From Eledone cirrhosa (lineage: Eukaryota), in contig OZ024758.1 in the NCBI GenBank assembly GCA_964016885.1, forward strand, positions 7,254,001-7,318,000: DNA of 64,000 nucleotides, given 5' to 3'. Made by a program: the position numbers and the translations under genes. Every line of letters starts with the position of its first letter. Within the stretch, counting starts at the first letter, position 1. The notes beneath the pieces are model-generated. The model was not told the origin of the DNA and ran no database searches. It saw only the letters and a list, made by a program, of their open reading frames with translations. Shown here piece by piece: positions 53,819 through 64,000 of this stretch.

Positions 53819-54574
53819 GTATATCAGTTGTCATCTCACCGGACTGATATTAGACTCTACAAAATATTTCTCTATCTACCCGTTTTAGTATTATAATTAT
53901 TCACTGTTATTGTTGTTGCTGTTGATGTTGTTGTTGTTGTTGCTGTCGTTGTTGCTGTTGTTATTGTTATTATTGTTGTTGTTGTTGTTGTTGTGAGATG
54001 CGTTCGAAAGAAGCAAGTAACAAATATCATGATATTTCAGGGTTAGTCCCCTCTTTTCAAATGCAAAACTAATCAAAACAAAAACGAAGCGTTTTTTCCT
54101 TAACTGGTCCGAGTGTGTGGATCGCGCATCCGTTGAGCAGTCATAGAAGCCACACTGCTCCATGTAGTTCGGTTCTATTATTTATTTGTGACTTCTGTGT
54201 GTTGATTTTAGTTTCTTAAAGGACTAAAGAAGCTTTAATAAACAACTGAAGCCACAATAGCAGTAGAACATGAAGACTTGGAAAACCTTCCCAACATTCG
54301 CTAGAAATAACGCAAACTATTCTGGGAATCAATGCAGAACCTTCAAGGTGATAAATAACTTGATCGAAAAGAAGAGATGCGAAGATCATAAAATGAGTCC
54401 AAATCTGCCAACCAAGACCTCGGCCAGAACTCCACATCTAAACCAGCTGGATTTGACCTTGTTAGAAAGCAATGTGTGTCCCTTAATCGGACCCGACCCG
54501 CACAACACATGCCAGGACGGCCTATGATCTCCATCGATGAAAAATAAAAGACAGCCTAGCATGTGACTGTGGCT

Positions 54575-54720
54575 GAAGGTGCATGGTTTAGTGGTTAGAG
54601 CATTGGGCTTGCAATCGAAAGGTTGTAAGTTCAATTCTCGGACCGGGTGATGTGTTGTTTCCTTGAGCAAGACACTTTATTTCACGTTGCTCCAGTTTAT
54701 TCAGCTGTATAAATGAGATG
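54575..54720 (+). mobile_element. tRNA-derived SINE family B
   Basis: A box TGGTTTAGTGG, B box AGTTCAATTC, then CCTTGAGCAAGACACTTTA central domain. Confidence 0.8.
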
Positions 54721-54759
54721 ATAGGACTGGCGTCCCTATCATTAAATTACCCAAGACAC

Positions 54760-54890
54760 CTCCAGCGAGATATACCCTGGAGGAGGCCAGCTAAACCTGC
54801 ATAGGTGTGAGCTGTCAGACACACACACGTGTGACTGTGGGGACCCTAACCAGACAGTGCTGCATTTGCTCGGGATTTCCCCCTCAGACT
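54760..54890 (+). mobile_element. LINE C-terminal zinc-knuckle fragment (Ingi/Vingi/I-like)
   Basis: ANLHRCELSDTHTCDCGDPNQTVLHLL resembles the CxCG..QT..H..C motif. Confidence 0.55.
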
Positions 54891-55169
54891 TATTCCAGGT
54901 AGGCGGGAGACAATCCATAATACTACAAATGGCGCTTTAGGCTGGTTCACCAATCTTCTTTCAGATCAATGTTATTTATTGTCTTGAGGGTTAATAATTT
55001 TCGGTGAGTGTCGTTTAGTTTCGGGATTAGACGGAGATAGTTACTTCAGCCATTTATTTAATAGGTTCATGCATATTGTAATAGCTATTTGGTATCTAAT
55101 ATATTTGTGTTAATGAATGTATTTCTATGTAAATATGTCTGTTGTATATACATGTGTGTGGCTGTCAGT

Positions 55170-55228
55170 GTATGTATGTATGTACGTATGTATGTATGTA
55201 CGTACGTATGTATGTATACATATATATA

Positions 55229-55266
<38 letters not shown>

Positions 55267-55370
55267 TATATATACATGTGTATATATGTATATATATATA
55301 TAAATATATATATGTACATACACACACGCACACACACATATATATATATATATATATTCATATATGTTTG

Positions 55371-55410
<40 letters not shown>

Positions 55411-55483
55411 TTCATATATATTTGTATATATATATGTATATATATATTCATATATATTTGTATATATATATATATATATATTC

Positions 55484-55518
<35 letters not shown>

Positions 55519-55604
55519 CATATATATTTGTATATATATATGTATATATATATATATATATTCATATATATTTGTATATATATATATATATATTCATATA
55601 TATT

Positions 55605-55648
<44 letters not shown>

Positions 55649-55658
55649 TATATATTTG

Positions 55659-55740
<82 letters not shown>

Positions 55741-55744
55741 TATT

Positions 55745-55791
<47 letters not shown>

Positions 55792-55803
55792 ATATATATA
55801 TAT
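55170..55803. repeat. (TA)n compound microsatellite with TTCA/TTTG interruptions
   Basis: Visible. Confidence 0.95.
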
Positions 55804-56156
55804 AAATGCAGTGGCACTGAAAGAGGGATAGAGAGAGATTTAGGGGAATAAACAGAGAAGAAGGGGAGAATCCGACGGCAAGCGCCATAATTTCATGAGA
55901 AAATATCTAAATTAAATACGCACCAAATTTAATAATATTTGAAGTGAGGCATGAATATGATAATAAAATCAAGAGAAAGGGCAATATTCTCATATAGTCT
56001 CGTGTGTTTAGGGCATTATAGTCTCATATAAGTAAGAATATTAATTGACGTTCTCTATGTGTGGTTCAGAGCTCGAAATTTGGGTGAAAACAATCGGAAA
56101 TAATTGAATGATGTTGGATCACATGACAACTAATGCATGAGTCAAGCGTCCATTAC

Positions 56157-56223
<67 letters not shown>

Positions 56224-57078
56224 ATAATAATAATAATAATAATAATAATGATGATGATGATAATAGTAATAATAATAAAATATCTACCATATATATACAA
56301 GCTCAGTACACACCAGATCACTGTCATTAAATTTACACATATTATCGTTGAAAAATCACATAGCGAGTACAACTGGCGACTTGTCTCATAAAATTACAGC
56401 GGTTACTTTGTTGTTAAAATAAACTGTCGATTGCAATCAAACAAGTGTTTTATTTTTATATTGTTAGTTAGTAATGATTCTAAAGATTTCATAGAAAGAA
56501 ATGCTATTATTTAAAAAATAGAATGATAAATAGCTCTTTTATTGTAAATAGCTTTACGTTCAGGATATATTAAGAAGGGCAATGAAAATGAACATTTAAA
56601 TACAGTTCCGGGATAATAAATTGTGTAGTTACGTATATGATGCATTTATGAAACAGTTCATTTAATTTACATCAACAACAACAAAAGTAATAATAACCTA
56701 AGAGACCCATAAAAAGGGTTGGAAGCAAAATTTGATTAAAACTTGAATTAAAACTATATACCCTTAGACAGTGAATTCACAGAACGTCGGATAGACCCCT
56801 TTGTGTAATTCATTCCAGCTCGCTGTGGCCTGAACTATAAGTCTAGTATTTCTATGGTTGAAAGGGTAAAGTAACTCTACTTGAAACTTCTTCATGCAGA
56901 TGTGTTTTCGTACGTCTATCATCCTTCGATATATATTTTCGTGCTCTTGCCTTTTTTTTTTTAAATTTATTTTTTTATATTTCCTGCCAAAGCCCAGCGT
57001 AGCTAGAGGGACATCTACATTGATTCCAGAATTCATAATCTTGAAGCTACATCAAATGATCTTTCACTTTTGTTCCAG

Positions 57079-57162
57079 AGAGCAGCAAGGGCGATCAGCA
57101 GCATTACAGGATGTCGAAATATCCTTCAACCAAATAAGTGTTACAATCTAAACTATAATAAA
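57079..57162 (+). CDS. Candidate 84-nt phase-0 exon (RAARAISSITGCRNILQPNKCYNLNYNK), unknown gene
   Basis: Acceptor CTTTCACTTTTGTTCCAG, donor AAA|GTAAGG, length multiple of 3, single open frame. Confidence 0.4.
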
Positions 57163-58419
57163 GTAAGGAGTGCGGGACTGCGTACGGTTTATAATTTTTT
57201 ATCCCATTAGTAAAATAAGTTGGATTACTTTGAATAACTAATAAATAATGAATTTCGTAGCTGTTGATTAAATATATTTTATTGTTTATTTAAAGATTCA
57301 CTTGTTTAAAATTTTCAAATGTCAACACTTCCGGTTAGCGATCGATTAAATAAACATTCATATATTTTTGTCACTAATTTTCTCCTAATGCAGTTTATAT
57401 ATAATATCGTCTTTTTTAATGTATCATGGATTACGTTACTGATTACATAAATTACATAAGCGAGTATAACCCAGTCTTCGTTCAATTTCTGTGTATATTG
57501 TCAATTACGATTTTATTTGATGTATCATAACTACATGTATATAATATCAATATGCACACTACACATGCTAGCAGAAAACCATTCTAAGGGTGGTTTTTCT
57601 GCTAGTATTTTAATTTAGTAAGAAAACGTTTATACATCGCATTAAACATTTTTACTGAAGACATGACGCAATGCCTGCTTCTAAATATTAAGAAGAGATA
57701 TTGTAGGTAAGATGATTAAGTCTAGCAATGCAGACAATAAATCCAGGATTATCTCAGTTCACTAAGTTACAATAGTTACATATGATCGGCTAACCTCATT
57801 TTCAAGCACAAATCTGTCTCAAGACATTTATCTTAACACACTGTTTGTGGAAGGGTTCGTTTCAGAGGTGGGAAACCTTGTCGCTGAAAGGCCGCTTTAA
57901 GTTATTTGTAATATAATAAAGTTGCCTTCAAGAAACCATAATTATATATTCTTAAAAATCAACATTATTTGTAAAAATTTAATTACTATATACTAATTAT
58001 CTAACAAAAAAAAAAAAAACGAAAAAAATAATTTTAAAGCTATCTTTTAATGACTTTGATGTGACTGATTGGTGTAGGGAAGCATTTTGATATTTGGTTG
58101 CAACATGGAGGTCCAAAGTTTCAACGGAACCTCGAGATGGACATCGACCATCTGTGATCTCAAAGGCGGATTGATTTTGGTTAGATAGGAGAATGTAGAT
58201 TCGCATCAACAAGTAGTTTAGATCAAAATAATAAGAAATAGACAAAAATATATTAATAAAAATAAAAAAATTGTTGAAAAATTTACTTCTTTCAGAAGGC
58301 CGCACAGAATGACAGGAAGCCACAGGCTCCCCATCTTAAGTTTATGGTTTTAATGTTTAATTATATTTCGACAATATAAACAACTTTGAAATGACCTTAA
58401 ATAATTGCAAATGACCTTA

Positions 58420-58612
58420 AATAATTGTTTCTACCTTTTGGCACAAGGCCAGTAATTACCCCAGTGCATTACTAGTACTTTATTTTATCGACCCCGTAAG
58501 GATGAAAGTCAAAGTTAACCTCGGCGGGATTTGAACTCAGATCATAAAGGGCTGTAACTCTATGCTGCAAAGCATGTTCTCCGACACCCTACCGTTACTG
58601 CTAATCCACCGC
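58420..58612 (-). mobile_element. SINE family A, short form
   Basis: Complete copy. Confidence 0.9.
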
Positions 58613-59049
58613 TCTTAGTGGCTCACAATGATTATTTCCATTCTGAGGCTCATGTTTCAATCTTCCAATTTTCCCATGATCCTCCAATCTATCATTATGT
58701 TTATATGACCAACATTCATCTGTAAAAGGGGTGACTCTGTAATAAGATTTTACTGCCTTCCAATAACTTGTCTTTAAATTCATAGTAAATTGCTTAAAAT
58801 ATTTAATCGATTTTTTTAACGTATGATAACTACATTTTCACTCACGCCTACATTTATTGGTGGTAGCTTTAAGACAAGAATAACTAGGTTTAGCTGGTTA
58901 GTATTATAACAATTAATCTTAGTTATCTGGAAGTCACATAGTATACCACAAGAACGAGATAAAAATAACCAGATTAAAACATGTCGCTTCTCAATAATTC
59001 CTGTATGAATGAGACCATAGTTGTATGTATGTGTACGTGTATGTCAGTA

Positions 59050-59135
<86 letters not shown>

Positions 59136-59180
59136 CATATATATACATATATATACATATACATATATATATATATATAC

Positions 59181-59250
<70 letters not shown>

Positions 59251-59383
59251 GTTATTCCAGGTTGAATCGGACGTAACCACAGTAAGTAAGGTACTCAATA
59301 CATTGCAGAGTATAAAAGTTTTAATATAGATGAGATTCTACAGGACTAGAACTGTTTCATTCTTTAGAAATCATCAAGAATCC

Positions 59384-59432
59384 GATTCCTGATGATTTCT
59401 AAAGAATGAAACAGTTCTAGTCCTGTAGAATC
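59384..59432 (+). ncRNA. Type I hammerhead ribozyme in TA-flanked fold-back element 59249-59449 (family H3)
   Basis: GATTC-CTGATGA-TTTCTAAAGAAT-GAAA-CAG(TTCTAGTC)CTG-TA-GAATC; helix I 5 bp, helix III 3 bp, GUA triplet; U.U at the base of helix II; mirror copy on minus strand has TTGATGA. Confidence 0.72.
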
Positions 59433-59448
59433 TCATCTATATTAAAAC

Positions 59449-59479
<31 letters not shown>

Positions 59480-59605
59480 ATGTATGTGTATGCGTGAGTG
59501 TGCGTGGGTATGTATATGTGTGCGCGTGAGCATGTATATGCGTGTGCATGTATATGAGTATGTATATGTGTGTGCGTGTGCGTATTTATATATATATATA
59601 CACAC

Positions 59606-59703
<98 letters not shown>

Positions 59704-60574
59704 AGGTATATATGTGTGTGTATGAGAGAGCATGTATATATGTGTCTGTGTGTGTGTAACACTGAGAGTGAGTGTATAAGGTATGGAATGGAAATGGAAG
59801 GAGGTAACAATTGTGACTAATAGAATGGTATGTGTTTCTGTTAGTGTCAGGGAGGGAAGTATGGTGTAGTGAAGTGAATCGGGATGTTCAAGACAAAACC
59901 CCAGAACTGTCTGTGGAAAGGTCTGGGAGAAATAATTCGGTCAGGCTGCTAACAGAAAATACTTTAGTTATTTGACTAAATGGTAAGGAACTATTATTGT
60001 AAATGATCCAATACAGCTGAGCGGGAAATAATACGATTTAGGCCAATATATTCATAATATTTATATTATCTTTCTACCCTTAAGTAAACACTATTGTAAT
60101 AAATTTCAATATAGAGTTACGCCAGCTTCTGTGTAGGTAAAAATGTTGAGACATTTTCATCGCCTTTTATTGAACAACGTTAAAGGATACTGGAGTACTG
60201 ATGTGTATTTCATTCCACAATAACTTGTCTCACAAAGGTTTTAGTGTTTAGAAGTGCCTCTGCCGTTCTTTATAGCTTTAATCTACCCATTCTCTCAACA
60301 CGTTCTGTTTGTTTTCGTTAATATGTCCAATACTGTTGAATTAAATGATGATCTAGAGCGTTGCGATTGGCACGAAACATATACTTGGATTATGAAACTC
60401 AAATGATGAGTTTCTAAGGAGTTGTAGATGCTTCACTCTTTTGGTACCAACCCCTGGTTCTATGATACAATACTGCCGTGTTTAAAGTATCCACACATAT
60501 ATTAAAACCATATTTCGTAATTTTAAGTAAGAAAAGAACTTTTATTAAATAATATCCCAAACATGACCATAATA

Positions 60575-61085
60575 ATTGTTTCTACTTTTGGCACAAGGCC
60601 AGCAATTATCCCAGTGTTTTACTGGTGCTTTATTTTATCGACCCCTAATAATGGTTTCTAATTTAGGCGCAAGACCAACAATTTGGGTCAGGGGAAAGTC
60701 AATTAAAGCGACTCCAGTGCGTTACTGGTACTATTTTATCGATCCCTTAAAAGATGAAAAGCAAAGCTAACCTCGGCGAGATTTAAACTCAGAACGTTAA
60801 GGGCCGTTCTGAGTTCAAATCTCGCCGAGGGATGGTAATAATTGTTTCTACTTTTGGCACAAGGCCAGCAATTATCCCAGTACATTACTGGTACTTTATT
60901 TTATCGACCCCGTAAGGATGAAAGGCAAGGTTAACCTCGAAGGGATGGTAATAATGATTTCTAGTATAGGCACAGGGCCAGTATTGGGGGGGGGGGGGGT
61001 CGATGATTAAATCGACCCCAGTGTGTGACTGGTACTTTATTGACCCCGTAAGGATGAAAGGCAAGGTTAACCTAGGAAGGATGGT
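60575..61085 (-). mobile_element. Four head-to-tail 5'-truncated SINE family A copies with an internal inversion
   Basis: 3' ends at ~60575, 60652, 60842, 60955; hairpin 60771-60830. Confidence 0.88.
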
Positions 61086-61339
61086 AATAATGAAAATAAT
61101 TAAGCTGTTACTAAATCCTTTTAAATTCTTCATTATTCTCAGAAGTATTTATAACATGGGCTGTGTATTCCATTAGAAATATGGCGACGAAAGTGTTAAT
61201 AGAAGCGTAAAAGGTTTATTAAAGTTTGTAGCGTGAGATAAACATATTTTATCTCACGCTACAATTGCTCCTGGTAAGGAATATATATTGAATTTTCCCT
61301 GAATAATAAAACTATTAACAGAATAAGAATAGAGGATTA

Positions 61340-61344
61340 ATAGC

Positions 61345-61378
<34 letters not shown>

Positions 61379-61624
61379 GCAACAACAACAGCAACAACAA
61401 CGAGCGTAACAACTGTATCATAGTTTCTATGACATCATGATGATGAGGATGATGATGGTGATGGTGATGGTGGTGATCGTGGAGGTAGTGGTGGTGATGA
61501 TGATGATGATGGTGGTTGTGCTGATGATGATGTTGATGATGACGATGACAACGATGACAATGGTGATGATGATAACGATGATGATGATGATGATGATGAT
61601 GATAACGACAACCACGACGATAAC

Positions 61625-61656
<32 letters not shown>

Positions 61657-61768
61657 CAACAACGACAACGACAACGACAACAACAACAACGACAACCACG
61701 ACGATAACGACAACGACGACGACGACGACGACGACAACGACGACGACAACAACAACAACGACAACGAC

Positions 61769-61807
<39 letters not shown>

Positions 61808-61820
61808 AATGACGACGACA

Positions 61821-61851
<31 letters not shown>

Positions 61852-61882
61852 CAATGACGACGACGACAACAACGACAACGAC

Positions 61883-61927
<45 letters not shown>

Positions 61928-61978
61928 AACAACGACGACGACGACGACAATGACGACGACGACAACAACGACAACGAC

Positions 61979-62017
<39 letters not shown>

Positions 62018-62018
62018 A

Positions 62019-62049
<31 letters not shown>

Positions 62050-62080
62050 CAATGACGACGACGACAACAACGACAACGAC

Positions 62081-62125
<45 letters not shown>

Positions 62126-62168
62126 AACAACGACGACGACAACGACGACGACAACGACAACGACGACG
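61340..62168. repeat. (CAA)n,(GAT)n,(GAC/AAC)n microsatellites
   Basis: Visible. Confidence 0.95.
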
Positions 62169-62975
62169 AAAAGTGTGGATAGTCGTTTAGTCAGCTTTTT
62201 CTTTCTCTTGAAATAACGGATATTTTAGTCTTATCAGATTATATGGTAGAACGAGGAGAAAACCTGGAATAATTTAGATTAATGTTGAAAAACTGTCGTT
62301 TAGCCTATATCTTGCAGTGGCCTGAAGACAATCGATGAAAGTTATCGCCACCTTAATAACAGCTATTTGAAAACTTTCCCGACAGAGGTCAGACCAAGCA
62401 CTAATATATATTTTCAACTACCAAGATTTTCATTTAGATATACGAATAATATATTTGGGAATAAGTTCGAAATTGAATTAGAAAGATATTTGGAAAACAA
62501 TTATTTAATTATATACACCGTGGAATATATGTTTCTGATCTGCAAAGTTAGCATTTTATATATTTAGTCTGAACTGTTTATTTTCTATTACATAAAGACA
62601 TATAAACATGTGTGTGTATATATCTGCATGTATGTTTATTTAGTCCCATGTCCTCAATGGACTTGATAAGACTGATGTAACTTTTGAGGTTATATATATA
62701 TTTCCGTTACTGCTACACGTGCTTCTCGTATTTCCCCTCTTCGGTTTCCGTATTTTTTCTTTCTTTTATCCCTTCTATTATATTTTCTCTCCCTCTCCCC
62801 CCCCCCCAATAACTTCCTTTAGTTATTGACGTACTGGAGCTAGACATCTTGTCTTTAATGCGTAGAAATGTCCATGACCTCCAGAAGACAACTGGTGAAA
62901 GGAAACTACCCCCTGTTCGTGTTTTCCTCTTATTTATAAATACATGTTATCCAGCAACAACACAACCCCTATTCC

Positions 62976-63016
<41 letters not shown>

Positions 63017-63039
63017 ATATATGTATATATATATATACA

Positions 63040-63189
63040 TAGAAGATCCCGTTAAGCGTGAAAACAGCGATTATTTGCTTAAACTTTAATCAGATATTTT
63101 AATAAATATTTGCTCTACGATTTTTATATATATTTATATATTATCCTTATCGAGCCCTCTTCGGACTTTAGCCTTCACATTTATTATTA

Positions 63190-63193
<4 letters not shown>
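63040..63193 (+). mobile_element. TA-flanked solo copy of the 18285-18438 arm (family H1)
   Basis: AGAAGATCCCGTTAAG.GTGAAA.CAGCGATT.TTTGCTTAAACTTTAATC..CCTTATCGAGCCCTCT aligned by eye. Confidence 0.88.
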
Positions 63194-63525
<332 letters not shown>

Positions 63526-64000
63526 TTATAAATACATATCTCTACAACATTGTTTCATCATGTGAAAGATTTCGAGGATTTCTTTGATTTCATTACATAT
63601 GTAAGTTCGTTGAAAGCGTAACACTCGAATATATGCTGCTTCAAGCAGAATGATATTATAGATAATGTACTGGAATTGATTCAATCGTCTATATAACTCT
63701 GTTACAAATTTGTGGTCATGTGCTAAAGGGGGAAAAAAACATTATTGTCCACTTATTTTCAATATAACGCAGAAATGAATTTGTCTGGAATGGAGAATAA
63801 TTTAGTTCCTTTGGCAAAAAAATGATTTTCCAAACTTAAAACAACCATTATCTATTAAGAACTCAAAAGCTTTTTAATAATACCACTCGCGTATCATTTT
63901 TTGTGTGTATGTTGTCATTGTTTGTGGTTGTTTTTTTTTTCTGTCTATTTTGCTACAATATCATTTATCTCTATTTCTGTATCATCTTCATGAAAACAAA

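Noticed and set aside
54575-54650. tRNA gene
   Set aside because: A and B boxes present but no complete cloverleaf, and it runs into a SINE body seen elsewhere.
58636-58720. Minus-strand exon candidate (ECWSYKHNDRLEDHGKIGRL)
   Set aside because: Acceptor plausible but no canonical donor and no recognisable homology.

Overview
Eukaryotic, AT-rich, repeat-saturated non-coding DNA. The SINE families and microsatellite load suggest a cephalopod, probably Octopus; this is an inference. No complete gene is recognisable, and almost all long ORFs in the track are translations of microsatellites. The window holds many tRNA-derived SINE copies, Tc1/mariner-type MITEs, decayed non-LTR fragments (L1/Tx1-type RT, RTE ends, RLE-clade ends), several minisatellites (two apparently born inside SINEs, including a ~42 x 85 bp array with higher-order structure) and a few weak exon candidates. 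The most interesting signal is a set of about ten short (110-450 bp) non-coding elements from several unrelated families. Most sit inside (TA)n tracts and carry type I hammerhead ribozyme motifs (intact at 17470-17525 and 59384-59432, variant or truncated elsewhere). Many are head-to-head fold-backs whose symmetry centre lies in or near the ribozyme. They resemble Penelope-like element terminal repeats or retrozyme-like elements; several have unusual core variants, and two families share a GTATTGAGTAC motif ~40 nt downstream of the predicted cleavage site.
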